From the IMG/VR virus record IMGVR_UViG_3300034157_000065, positions 64,001-128,000 of that record: a stretch of 64,000 bases of DNA. One strand, given 5' to 3'. Of the stretch, positions 30,683 to 40,643 are shown piece by piece. The translations under genes and the position numbers were made by a program. Position 1 is the stretch's first letter, and every line of letters begins with the position of its first letter. The DNA is from a virus (lineage: Duplodnaviria > Caudoviricetes). The notes beneath the pieces are model-generated. The model searched no databases. It saw nothing but the letters and a program-made list of their open reading frames with translations, and was not told the origin of the DNA.

Positions 30683-30802
30683 CTTTATCATATGACTTTT
30701 TGGTATAATTGTCAATGGCATTATAATGTTTTAGCTTTTAATTTTACTTTTGTTTTTTTTGCGATTATGTTATAATTAGACATCCTTTTAGAGAGCGTAA
30801 TT

Positions 30803-31390
30803 ATGTTCGACATTAAGTATACGGAAATTCATGACAACCGCAAAATGGCTAATCTCATCAAGCGTCATAAGCTTTTTGAAAAAGAGCATCGCTCTAGCCG
30901 TTTTGAGAACAACGCTTTCTACATCTTGGAAGGGGATGAAGTTCGCCCTATGGGTGATGTTACCTTCATTAAAGTCAGTCATTTTTCGACTGTTGTTTGT
31001 CGTGTTGACAAAAAACCAGTTGGCTTGCTTGTTCTGGAACATTACATTGTTAATGACACCATTGATCCAAAGTTCACCTTGAACAATAAAAAACGTCGTT
31101 ATACGATGATTGGTCTGGTTGGCACATACGTTAAACCTGAATTTCGTAAGAAAGGTATTGGACATGCCATGATGAGTGTTTTGAATGAACAACTTCAAGA
31201 CCTCTATGTCAGCGATGATACGCATGTTCACATGTTAGCCGCTACTGGGAAAACGTTTGACCTTGTTCAAGCTGAAATGCCATCGTTCTGCCCTGTTGTG
31301 GCACCTTACAATTCTAACAAGTGGAAAGATACCGCAAAAAGCTGGTATACTTATAGTCGTCATCATGAAGGTATGGTGGAATTCGTTTGA
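30803..31390 (+). CDS. GNAT family acetyltransferase
   Basis: YVKPEFRKKGIG acetyl-CoA motif A. Confidence 0.8.
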   Translation: MFDIKYTEIHDNRKMANLIKRHKLFEKEHRSSRFENNAFYILEGDEVRPMGDVTFIKVSHFSTVVCRVDKKPVGLLVLEHYIVNDTIDPKFTLNNKKRRYTMIGLVGTYVKPEFRKKGIGHAMMSVLNEQLQDLYVSDDTHVHMLAATGKTFDLVQAEMPSFCPVVAPYNSNKWKDTAKSWYTYSRHHEGMVEFV

Positions 31391-31430
31391 TTGTGGTATA
31401 ATACTCTACACACATTTGAGGGTAATGACG

Positions 31431-31709
31431 ATGATGAGCAAAATTCTGTTTGGCCTTGGTGCTGCATGGACTTGGTTCTGGTATAACACCGTTACCCGCA
31501 TGTTTGTTGTTCTTATTCCGACTTACATGGTATTTGTAATACCCTTTTTCAAGTATGTTCTGGAAGTTCCAGACGCTGACATGGCAAACTCTCTTTCCGC
31601 CCTCTATTTCTTTATTTTCGTTATTGCTGTCTATGATAATGACTTCTCCAAACGTAAAAAATATGGTATTCCCGACCGTTTATTTTTCAAGAAAAAAAGT
31701 AAATCTTGA
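31431..31709 (+). CDS. small membrane protein
   Basis: TGGTATAAT, GAGG RBS, hydrophobic segments. Confidence 0.7.
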   Translation: MMSKILFGLGAAWTWFWYNTVTRMFVVLIPTYMVFVIPFFKYVLEVPDADMANSLSALYFFIFVIAVYDNDFSKRKKYGIPDRLFFKKKSKS

Positions 31710-31763
31710 TCTAGTCAGCGGTTTTGTGTATAATACACGAACTTAATTGATTTGGAGACTGTC

Positions 31764-32528
31764 ATGTCCACTGCAAAAGCCTTAATTATGAGCGATCTTC
31801 ACCTTGAATACGGGAATAGAATTAATATTCCTGTGATTGATGGTGTGAAGTTTTTGATCTTGGCCGGGGATATTGGCAGTAACCAGTCTCACCTTGAATT
31901 TATCAAAGACTGTGCCAGTAAATACACGGTCATTTATATCTTGGGCAACCATGAATTTTATGGTTTCACCTTGAAAGAAGTCCGTGATTTTTGGAGTTCT
32001 GTCAAGATTGATAACTTTCACTTTTTGGATAACTCATCTGTGGTCATTGACGACATTGAGTTTATTGGTTCTACTTTGTGGGTAGATTTTAACCGTCAAG
32101 ATTTTCACACCATGTATAATGCGTCTATTGAAATCAAAGATTTTCGTAAAATCTTTAATGCTAATAATGATGAATACATCACTGCACAAGAAGTTTATGC
32201 AGAGTTTGAACAGTCATATGATTATTTGAAAAACGCTTTGTATGATGAAAATGGCTATGTGAAGGTATTGGTGACTCATTATGGTTTTTCTCACCAAAGT
32301 GTTCACCCCAGCTACCGTAACCATCCATCAGATTTAAAGATGAACCATTACTTTACCAATAACTTGGACAACTTCATTGGTAATTCTTTGGCTAAGGTGG
32401 CTATTCATGGTCATATGCACACTTCTGTTGATTTTATGTTGGGCGATGTTCATGTGGTGTGTGAGCCTGTGGGCTATCCAGACAACATTAACCCAGAATT
32501 CAACTTTAAAGTGGTTGACTTGAAGTAA
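31764..32528 (+). CDS. calcineurin-like metallophosphoesterase
   Basis: SDLH, LAGDI, GNHE, THY, HGHMH motifs. Confidence 0.92.
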   Translation: MSTAKALIMSDLHLEYGNRINIPVIDGVKFLILAGDIGSNQSHLEFIKDCASKYTVIYILGNHEFYGFTLKEVRDFWSSVKIDNFHFLDNSSVVIDDIEFIGSTLWVDFNRQDFHTMYNASIEIKDFRKIFNANNDEYITAQEVYAEFEQSYDYLKNALYDENGYVKVLVTHYGFSHQSVHPSYRNHPSDLKMNHYFTNNLDNFIGNSLAKVAIHGHMHTSVDFMLGDVHVVCEPVGYPDNINPEFNFKVVDLK

Positions 32529-32559
32529 CATTATTACCTTAATTTTTGGAGTATATACA

Positions 32560-32820
32560 ATGATTTCAGAACCGTTGAACTATTATGATGAACAAGTTAT
32601 TGCAATGGACTTGACACGTCTTTACAGAAAAGAACAAGAACTGTTGGCCGCTATGATTAAGAATCAATCTTCGGCTACTTCAATGGCTGAGCAAAAACAG
32701 ATCATGAAAGAATATCAAGAACTGGATGAGGTGGTTAAGTTTTCTGACCGCAAAGAAGAAATCTTGCGTCGTCAACAAGTGGCACAAGATCGAGCAGAAG
32801 TGGCTAAACATCAAGAATAG
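32560..32820 (+). CDS. small coiled-coil protein
   Basis: GGAG RBS, 86 aa. Confidence 0.7.
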   Translation: MISEPLNYYDEQVIAMDLTRLYRKEQELLAAMIKNQSSATSMAEQKQIMKEYQELDEVVKFSDRKEEILRRQQVAQDRAEVAKHQE

Positions 32821-32884
32821 TAATTGCCTTATATTCGGATTTTTGCTATAATTAATCACATTCAAACAGAACGAGATACCTATC

Positions 32885-33259
32885 ATGAAAATTGCACACA
32901 TTGTCATTCAAGAAGCGGTCACTCATTTTTTGGCTAACCAACCAATCAACAAGCTGATCACTCAATTGTTTCGTGGTGGCCGACAAGTTCAGGATAGTTT
33001 TGAGCCGGTCAAACATTTTTCTTTCATGAAATATGAAGACGGCGTGGGTACCATGCGTATTCATTTGACCAATGCTCTTCCACGTATTCTTGATAGCATT
33101 GAGACAAGAGAAGACATGGACACTACTTTTACGATTTCTGTAAAAGGTTTGGAAGCCGAAATTGTTGTAAGCTATGATAAACCTTCGATGTGGTTCAACA
33201 TCACCTCGAAGACATTTGATAATCTTTTTGCATTGGCCGGGGAGCGGTCAAAGGAGTAA
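32885..33259 (+). CDS. hypothetical protein
   Basis: TGCTATAAT promoter, 124 aa. Confidence 0.75.
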   Translation: MKIAHIVIQEAVTHFLANQPINKLITQLFRGGRQVQDSFEPVKHFSFMKYEDGVGTMRIHLTNALPRILDSIETREDMDTTFTISVKGLEAEIVVSYDKPSMWFNITSKTFDNLFALAGERSKE

Positions 33260-33261
33260 GT

Positions 33262-33690
33262 ATGGAATTTAGAGAATTTGTTGAAAAAGCTTTCGAAGTT
33301 GTTACTTTATATAAAGATACTCAGGCTGTTTATGGGACAGTTTCTAGAAAAGAATTTGAATCACTGAGTGATACTGAACTGGAATCTCTTTTGTTTGAGC
33401 GTACTTGGGCTTCTGGTGGGCATACGGGTAAAAGCTGCTGGGGTGGCGAAGGCTACTCACGTAGTGGTGATACACCAGAAGATATCACGCCTGATGTGGC
33501 TAAAGTGCTGCTGGCTGTTGGTAAGTCAGATATTGGCTTTGTGACTTATATGGCAACCGTTCATCCGCTGGTTAAATCGACTTCGTTGAGTGATTCCAGT
33601 GACTATTATGGTAACTACACCAACTATGCACGGCTTTATGTGAATTTGAAAGAGTTGTATGATGTGGTGTATGGCGACAATGATGAGTAA
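33262..33690 (+). CDS. hypothetical protein (paralogue of 33751)
   Basis: EF.EFV.KA, W.SGG..G..C, DYY.NY shared. Confidence 0.85.
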   Translation: MEFREFVEKAFEVVTLYKDTQAVYGTVSRKEFESLSDTELESLLFERTWASGGHTGKSCWGGEGYSRSGDTPEDITPDVAKVLLAVGKSDIGFVTYMATVHPLVKSTSLSDSSDYYGNYTNYARLYVNLKELYDVVYGDNDE

Positions 33691-33750
33691 GCAATAACAA
33701 TTAATAATTATATCCTATGAATCTTATGCGATTATATCAGGAGAAAAATT

Positions 33751-34170
33751 ATGATTGAGTTTAAAGAGTTTGTAAAAAAAGCCGTAGTGTTTGCAAATGT
33801 GTCCGTGGATGTTTTAAATTCGCGTGATTACTCGTTAACTGAACAGTGTATTGAAGCGTTAGATGACAAAGTGCTGGAAACTACTGTGATTGAAAAGGTT
33901 TGGGTTTCTGGTGGTGTCTCAGGCAACGATTGCTATGAGTATTTGAATAGAACCGTGGACAGTGAAGGTGAACAAGAGATTACCCAAGAAGTGTTGGGAT
34001 TGTTGAGAAGTCTAGGTCGTGATGACGTTGACAGTTCAGTAATAGAAGCAATGGTTCAAAAGCATTCATTTGACGAAGAACCAGATTACTACTTCAACTA
34101 CTACGAGTATTCAAAAGTGTATGTTAGCTTGAAAGCGTTGTATGATAAGTTTTTGGCGAAAGCTGAATAA
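33751..34170 (+). CDS. hypothetical protein (paralogue of 33262)
   Basis: same motifs; AGGAG RBS. Confidence 0.85.
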   Translation: MIEFKEFVKKAVVFANVSVDVLNSRDYSLTEQCIEALDDKVLETTVIEKVWVSGGVSGNDCYEYLNRTVDSEGEQEITQEVLGLLRSLGRDDVDSSVIEAMVQKHSFDEEPDYYFNYYEYSKVYVSLKALYDKFLAKAE

Positions 34171-34295
34171 TTTAATTGTAGCGTTCTGTTAGAAAAAAGA
34201 CCTCACTTCGGTGGGGTTTTTTATTGTTTAATTATTGTGGTTCTGTTATAATGAGGCTAATGACTTGCATTGCTTTGAAGCAAAGGAGATAACAC

Positions 34296-34529
34296 ATGAG
34301 TCGCGGCGAATCCACTGAAATGATTTCAACCACCTTCTATATTGGATGGTATTACCTGCGAACGGTTCGTCAATACTTGGATGATATTATTGAAAACAAG
34401 GGCTGGCCTATTCAATATCAAGAGTCCATGTGGATTTTCGAAAACAAGTTTGTTTTGTATGGCCCACAAAGTGACATTATGTATGTTAAGACAAAAATCG
34501 AAAAATATTTGAGTGAATTACAATTTTAA
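34296..34529 (+). CDS. small hypothetical protein
   Basis: AAGGAG RBS, promoter. Confidence 0.7.
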   Translation: MSRGESTEMISTTFYIGWYYLRTVRQYLDDIIENKGWPIQYQESMWIFENKFVLYGPQSDIMYVKTKIEKYLSELQF

Positions 34530-34572
34530 ATGAAAAAAAGGAGTGATTGAAACTCCTTTTTTATTTTACAGC

Positions 34573-35634
34573 TTATTGTTTGTTATTTTCATTTGAACTG
34601 CTTTTATCCATATCTTGATTATCCTCTTTTTTCGACTTGACTATGTGTATAAACATATTAATTAAACTTCGCTTTCTATTTTCATCTAAATTCTGCAATT
34701 CAATCATTGCTTCATCTAACCCTTTTCTTTTATAGATATCTAACAAGTATAAATCATTTTCTTTGAATTTAATTATTTGATTATATCTATCTAGCATTGT
34801 TGCTGTATAAAGTTCACCTAATTTACTTTTTATATACGTGTCATCTTGTGGTTTATAATTTGAATAAATCTTGTCAGTCAATTCAAAAATTTCTTTATTT
34901 GATGGTGTATTAGTGCCCATATATACTACCATATACATAAGACTTTTATAATTTTTAGTTGATCTTTCAAATGATGTAAATCCATCAGGTATAATTTCTA
35001 TATTAAAGACATTTGGTTTTAATTTTATTAAAGGATTGCCGTCTGGTATGTAATGACTTTGAGCGTCTATTACTCTATTAATCATTTCCGCTCTATGAAT
35101 GTTAGAATGAAAATTTGTTAAGCCTAATACAATTAAAGAAGTCAATAAAACAACGCTTACTATTTTTATATTCTTAATATCCTTTCTCATCACAAATAGT
35201 ACACTTAATATTAGAATAAAGAAATCATAATATCTAAAAAAACCTTCTTTTATTACAGGAATCAATTCCAAATTGTATTCTGTATAGTATGTCTCAGTTT
35301 TAACTTTTAAAATATTAAATACTATATTAATTAAAATAAATGATATGATCTGTATTTTTAGTGATAATGCTATTTTTTTTGTAACATCACTAGATCCTTT
35401 ATATAAAAGAATAGTTATGATATTTAATATAGGAAGCATTAAGTAAGTTATACTGTAATAATAACTTAATGTAACTTTCCAATATTCTGATGGTGTTCCA
35501 TTTACGATTCCATCATAATAGTTATGAACACCTAAATATCCTGTTGTATCAAGTATGCCAAAATATCCGATAATAATGTATATGATATTGATAGCTAATA
35601 AATTGCACATCACTTTATTACCTATTAGTTTCAT
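34573..35634 (-). CDS. multi-pass membrane protein with soluble C-terminal domain
   Basis: about 5 hydrophobic segments in N-terminal half; coupled to DUF1643 gene. Confidence 0.75.
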   Translation of the reverse strand: MKLIGNKVMCNLLAINIIYIIIGYFGILDTTGYLGVHNYYDGIVNGTPSEYWKVTLSYYYSITYLMLPILNIITILLYKGSSDVTKKIALSLKIQIISFILINIVFNILKVKTETYYTEYNLELIPVIKEGFFRYYDFFILILSVLFVMRKDIKNIKIVSVVLLTSLIVLGLTNFHSNIHRAEMINRVIDAQSHYIPDGNPLIKLKPNVFNIEIIPDGFTSFERSTKNYKSLMYMVVYMGTNTPSNKEIFELTDKIYSNYKPQDDTYIKSKLGELYTATMLDRYNQIIKFKENDLYLLDIYKRKGLDEAMIELQNLDENRKRSLINMFIHIVKSKKEDNQDMDKSSSNENNKQ

Positions 35635-36119
35635 TCTTTACCCCCTAAGTTAAATTCTATGAATGGCTGATCGCCTTTTATGTACAATGGGTGTTTCGGC
35701 ATACCGGCTTTTGTTGTGCCTAAACAATACATTTCAACACCTAACTCACTCAGCATGTTGTAGACTTCAATCACTCTATTCATCTTGGCATTTACACCCC
35801 AAGCACAAATAATCTTTTTATTCTGTGTGAACAGGTTTGTTAAATATTCATCATTTTCAGAACCCACAGGATCTTCTGTTAACCAAAGGCTTTTTGGTGT
35901 TGGTGAACGATACGCATAAAGATTGACTACTTTGAGAGAATCGTATCCATTATCTTTTGCAAATTGAATACATCGTCTAATCGTGGGGTCATCAAGCATG
36001 GCATCAGCAGTACTTGGATTTAGCATACAAAATATTGCTGGATTACTGGCGTTTTCTACGAAGTCTCTACCTAATTCATAACGGTATTTTTGACACTGAC
36101 TAATGATGGCTGTTTTCAT
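35631..36119 (-). CDS. DUF1643 family protein
   Basis: S.C..YRY.L.R, MLNPSTADA..DDPTIRRC, VNLYA, CAWG, P.HPLY. Confidence 0.88.
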   Translation of the reverse strand: MKTAIISQCQKYRYELGRDFVENASNPAIFCMLNPSTADAMLDDPTIRRCIQFAKDNGYDSLKVVNLYAYRSPTPKSLWLTEDPVGSENDEYLTNLFTQNKKIICAWGVNAKMNRVIEVYNMLSELGVEMYCLGTTKAGMPKHPLYIKGDQPFIEFNLGGKE

Positions 36120-36306
36120 ATTTAAATTCTCCTTATCGCATAATATAACAAAGAAAACTTAAGTCAAAAATTCAGGCTATATTTTATTAAATAATGTTGA
36201 TTTATAAGGAGTACACAATGTTTCATCATTATAGTATATATACACAAAGTATGATTGCTTTATTTATTTTAATACTATATAATGTCTTGTAAAATAGGGG
36301 GACTTC

Positions 36307-36816
36307 ATGAAATATTTTCTAATCCTGATTATTGTGCTATTGAGTAGTATGCTGGTGACGGCTAATGACCCTGATATAGTATCCCCTAACTATGACATCA
36401 CAGTCACTGATAAATATAAAACGGTTAATCTTATTATTCCAGCGAGCCTTGGAAAAATATCCTATGCTTCTATCGGAGAAGGTAAAGAAGACACCTTGAT
36501 AGACTGTCTGGTCAGTTTAGGTGAAATTGATGATTTAAATGTCAAAACATCTGTTTATAATATTAAACGAATTGGTGCTGATATATCTATTTATACTTTA
36601 TCTAAGAATAACGATCAGTTTAAAGTTATGGTGGTTTACACAAAACCAGAAATAAGATTAGAAGATAATTTAACCAATAACAATCATCGTTGTGATTTCT
36701 TAAACAGTGTCTCTCCCACCACTAAATGGCTTGGTAATCTTAATATTGGACAAACAACTATTATTTTTACACCTGATGGCAATGAGTTATATTTACAGAT
36801 AAACAAATCTAAATAG
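36307..36816 (+). CDS. secreted protein, tandem paralogue 1 (mini-secretin-like)
   Basis: signal peptide; C-terminal W.G.L..G...PDGNELY. Confidence 0.75.
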   Translation: MKYFLILIIVLLSSMLVTANDPDIVSPNYDITVTDKYKTVNLIIPASLGKISYASIGEGKEDTLIDCLVSLGEIDDLNVKTSVYNIKRIGADISIYTLSKNNDQFKVMVVYTKPEIRLEDNLTNNNHRCDFLNSVSPTTKWLGNLNIGQTTIIFTPDGNELYLQINKSK

Positions 36817-36876
36817 CTATCCATTGTATATTTAAGTTAAGAGAGTATAATACTTGTAAACTTCGGAGACTTCATT

Positions 36877-37395
36877 ATGTTTAAATCATTATTGGCTATT
36901 GGTGTATTGTTGAGTTCAGGATTACTTCATGCGGCAGAAATACAACAGACTGACTATACGGTTAGCTTTACTGACAAACATAACAAGATTACAGGATTGC
37001 AGTTGCTTAATGTGGGCAGTATTTCTTATGGTGCTGCAGGTTCAATGAAAGATAGTAATAAGATTTCTAATTGTGTTATTGACGTTGATGATCCTTTAGC
37101 TCCACCTATGCCTATTGAAATTTATTCAGCAGCCGACTCAGATACTTTCGTTTCTGTTTTTACGATTTCAAAAATTAGAGATACATTTCATGTGATTATC
37201 TCGCTTAAATATGAAGAAGACTTTTCCACTGAAAACGCTATTAAAATTAATGATAAATGTACCATTGCTAATAATGTAGCCACTTTAATTGACGTGAACT
37301 GGGCTGGCGATATTAATGTAGGTGAAAAGAAAACTATAAAACTTCCTAATAATAATGAGCTTTATATGGAAGTCCTCGAAGGTTATCCAGAATAA
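36877..37395 (+). CDS. secreted protein, tandem paralogue 2 (mini-secretin-like)
   Basis: signal peptide ...LHA; WAGDINVGE...NNELY. Confidence 0.75.
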   Translation: MFKSLLAIGVLLSSGLLHAAEIQQTDYTVSFTDKHNKITGLQLLNVGSISYGAAGSMKDSNKISNCVIDVDDPLAPPMPIEIYSAADSDTFVSVFTISKIRDTFHVIISLKYEEDFSTENAIKINDKCTIANNVATLIDVNWAGDINVGEKKTIKLPNNNELYMEVLEGYPE

Positions 37396-37468
37396 TTAAA
37401 TCTATATTTTAATATGATTGTATTTCTCCTTTTTAAAGATATAATTTATACTTTATAGGAGAATTACA

Positions 37469-38002
37469 ATGTTAAAACAAATTTTTATTGCAGGATCTTT
37501 GCTTATAGCATCCATGTCAGCTTATGCCGTTAATGAAATACCAAAATTGTATAACTTTGATTTTAGAGATGCCAATGGCACTGTGGCTTTTTCTTTGATA
37601 ACGCCTATTGGTAAAATAATGCCTATTCAGGTTACACAAGAAGATAAAGAAAAAGCGACCACCTGTTCAATTACATTAGATGATGTAGATGGTAAGACAA
37701 AATTTGATGTTAAACAAGAAGTTAATATTGGCATTACGGCTACAATTTATCCAGTTACTATTAAAGATGATGAGATTAAATTGATGTTAGTTTATAATAA
37801 AAAAGACTATCTTGATTCTGAAAATCCACATGACCCCTATAAACTTAGCGAAACATGTGATTTTTCAAACAGTCTTTCTGTTTTAGAAACCACTGACCTT
37901 CAATGGATTGGCGATGTTAAACTTGGCAAACAAGTGAAAGTTAAGTTGTCGGATGGTAATGCACTTTTTATCGTAGCTACAGAAGTTAAACCTGAAGCTT
38001 AA
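37469..38002 (+). CDS. secreted protein, tandem paralogue 3 (mini-secretin-like)
   Basis: signal peptide ...AYA; G..MPIQV...IGITATIYP...DEIKLML...WIGDVKLG. Confidence 0.75.
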   Translation: MLKQIFIAGSLLIASMSAYAVNEIPKLYNFDFRDANGTVAFSLITPIGKIMPIQVTQEDKEKATTCSITLDDVDGKTKFDVKQEVNIGITATIYPVTIKDDEIKLMLVYNKKDYLDSENPHDPYKLSETCDFSNSLSVLETTDLQWIGDVKLGKQVKVKLSDGNALFIVATEVKPEA

Positions 38003-38007
38003 TTCTC

Positions 38008-38661
38008 GTGAACGAGCATATTTTTAAAATTAAACAAAATCTTCTTCAGTTAGGCTTTCTACAATCATTTGTTGATTGCCTACGATTTAACCATCTCTAT
38101 CCTGATGATAAATATTCCCGCATAGTTGAAGAAATAATTGACAAAAATGGTATTAAATTAGGCCATTTAAATATTAGCTGTGCTCCTGAAAAGAATACAA
38201 GATATATTTCTTTCTGTTTTGCAGAATCTCAAGTATTCATTCAAAACATTTCTATAACGACTTACAATAAAGAAAGACTATACACTTATTGTTGTGTTGA
38301 ATTTGATCTTGATTTTAATTTTTTATATTTTTCATTATTTGATAATCTATATATGAAAGCAGAACAACTCAAGTATCCTTATAATATGGATATATGGTTT
38401 TATTTTGACATCAATTTAGATTTGTTAAAATTTAATATTCAAGGATATTCTGATATAGGTCAGAATTTATTTTGTATTGAGAAAAACAAAGAAAATTTTC
38501 TGCCAACATCAGATGAACTATTGTTAATTGAATTTCTTCAATATCAGTACAATCCTGCCATTGTGGCCTATGTTCCTGAGTTCTATATACCATCCGCTTA
38601 CGATTTCAATTCAGATGAATTTAAAATTCGTATAGATTTAACTAAAATGATTACTATTTAG
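38008..38661 (+). CDS. hypothetical protein, C-terminal MxxI-tag family (paralogue of 38670)
   Basis: ends VPEFYIPSAYDFNSDEFKIRIDLTKMITI-TAG. Confidence 0.8.
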   Translation: MNEHIFKIKQNLLQLGFLQSFVDCLRFNHLYPDDKYSRIVEEIIDKNGIKLGHLNISCAPEKNTRYISFCFAESQVFIQNISITTYNKERLYTYCCVEFDLDFNFLYFSLFDNLYMKAEQLKYPYNMDIWFYFDINLDLLKFNIQGYSDIGQNLFCIEKNKENFLPTSDELLLIEFLQYQYNPAIVAYVPEFYIPSAYDFNSDEFKIRIDLTKMITI

Positions 38662-38669
38662 GAGAAATA

Positions 38670-39302
38670 ATGCAAGAAAATATAATTAAAATTAAAGAAA
38701 CCTGTTTGAAGCTAGGCTTTCCAGAAGACTTTATAAATTGTTTACATATTACTGATGATGAAATGGATTCTGTTTTTTGTTCTGTTGTAATCAATGATTC
38801 TTCTGGACTCCCATTGTGTTCTGTTAATTTTATTAACACATCACAAGATGATTCTAAAAGTTTCTTGATGACATTTGACTTTATACATCAACAAGAGTTC
38901 TTAAAAAAACTATGGAATAATGATCATTCTTGTTCTATTATGTTTGATGGTGATTTAAATTTTGTAAATTTACAATCTAGTTCTCATTTAAATATCACAA
39001 ACGAAAAAACAGGAAAAAAATATTATTTAATAACGACCTTTCAATTTGATATTAATTCAGAACTACATACCATCCATAGTTCAGAAGTCAGTAATGGTGA
39101 TGAAGAACCATTCCATTTTAATAGAATTAAAGAAAATATGTTGTCAATTGATGATGAAACCATCTTAATTGAATTTATTAAATATAGACATAATCCATCT
39201 ATTATCGAGACAGTTCCTGAATTTTACATTCCTTCTGCCTATGACTTTAATTCAGAAGAATTTAAAAGCCGTATTTCATTAGCTAAAATGATGATGATTT
39301 AA
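38670..39302 (+). CDS. hypothetical protein, C-terminal MxxI-tag family (paralogue of 38008)
   Basis: ends VPEFYIPSAYDFNSEEFKSRISLAKMMMI. Confidence 0.85.
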   Translation: MQENIIKIKETCLKLGFPEDFINCLHITDDEMDSVFCSVVINDSSGLPLCSVNFINTSQDDSKSFLMTFDFIHQQEFLKKLWNNDHSCSIMFDGDLNFVNLQSSSHLNITNEKTGKKYYLITTFQFDINSELHTIHSSEVSNGDEEPFHFNRIKENMLSIDDETILIEFIKYRHNPSIIETVPEFYIPSAYDFNSEEFKSRISLAKMMMI

Positions 39303-39412
39303 AGGATATTATTTTATTTAAAGTGGTAATTTTGATTTCTTAAAAAATAGGTTGCTTTAAAATCCTCATTTTGGTATACTAAGTCAATTGAAAACAACGG
39401 AGATACACGAAC

Positions 39413-40567
39413 ATGAATCTTTTTCCAAACATCGAACACATCAATGATATTTTGCCAGCTTTGGCAGGTAAAACCTATATCGGTGTGAACAAGCAATCTA
39501 ACGGTGCAACCGTTCTTTGCTACAACATCAGCAACGGTGAATCCTTTGCTACGCCTTTTGAAAAAGAATGCCGTGGTATCACCTTTGACCGTGATGGTAA
39601 AATTGTAAACCGTCCTTTGCACAAGTTTTTCAACTTGGCAGAGCGTGAAGAAGTATTGCCACACAACATTAACTGGGATGATGTGGTTGCTGTCTTCGAT
39701 AAGATGGATGGTTCCATGATTACTGCTGGTGTGTTTCATGGAGATGTTTTTGTAAAATCCAAAAAGTCTTTTGAATCTGATGTGGCTGTGTCGGCTTTGG
39801 CGTATGTTAAAGCAAACCAGAAATACGAAGATTTTATTAAGCATTGTGCATCCTTGGATTTGACACCAATCTTTGAATACACTTCGCCAAACAACCGTAT
39901 CGTGTTGCGTTACGATGAAGAAAAAATGACGTTGTTGCATGTGCGTCATACCATTACTGGTGCTTATTTTATGCCAGATGAAGTCGCAGCTTTGGCAAAA
40001 GAGTTTGATATTCCAGTTAACGTTCCATTGTTTGGTAAAGGTTTCGACTTGAAAGCATTGTTGCATTCGTTGGATACTGTAGAAGGGATTGAAGGTTACG
40101 TTATTCAGTTCTCTAACGGTAATATGGTTAAGGTAAAAACGACTTGGTATGTTAACTTACACCACGCAGTAACATTCGTGCGTATTCGTGACATTGCTCG
40201 CTTGGTTTTATCCGAGAAAATTGACGACTACATTGCATTTGTTGCATTACATGCAAAAGACGCTGATTTGACTCACATCCATTACATCAATGATACGATT
40301 AAAGCAGAAATTGAAGGCATTAAGAAAGACGTTGCAGATATTTTGGCTCAGCATGAAGGTGTTGATTTCAAAACCTTGGCAACCACTTACTTGGGTCATC
40401 CATATTTCTCTTTCATCATGACTACCGCTCGCGGTAAAGAAGTTGATTACTTGGATTACTATGAACGCAACCGTTTGAAAGAAGTCTGGTCTTTGGAGCA
40501 AGTTGACTTGGGCAACTTCACAGGGATTGATGATTCTGATGATGAAGTTCCCGTAGACGAAGATTAA
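39413..40567 (+). CDS. rnlA: T4 Rnl1 (RnlA)-type RNA ligase
   Basis: ECRGI.F, RPLHKFFN, KMDGS motif I, EYTSPNNRIV, EGYV, VKVKT.WY..LH. Confidence 0.92.
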   Translation: MNLFPNIEHINDILPALAGKTYIGVNKQSNGATVLCYNISNGESFATPFEKECRGITFDRDGKIVNRPLHKFFNLAEREEVLPHNINWDDVVAVFDKMDGSMITAGVFHGDVFVKSKKSFESDVAVSALAYVKANQKYEDFIKHCASLDLTPIFEYTSPNNRIVLRYDEEKMTLLHVRHTITGAYFMPDEVAALAKEFDIPVNVPLFGKGFDLKALLHSLDTVEGIEGYVIQFSNGNMVKVKTTWYVNLHHAVTFVRIRDIARLVLSEKIDDYIAFVALHAKDADLTHIHYINDTIKAEIEGIKKDVADILAQHEGVDFKTLATTYLGHPYFSFIMTTARGKEVDYLDYYERNRLKEVWSLEQVDLGNFTGIDDSDDEVPVDED

Positions 40568-40643
40568 TCACTAGCATCAATATAAGACGTTCTTCGGAAC
40601 GTCTTTTTTAATCAATTCATTTCTATGATTGGAGATACACATT

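Noticed and set aside
7334-40066. Long antisense ORFs (e.g. 7334-7996, 26063-26791, 39314-40066)
   Set aside because: They mirror well-supported + strand genes, lack RBSs and have atypical composition.
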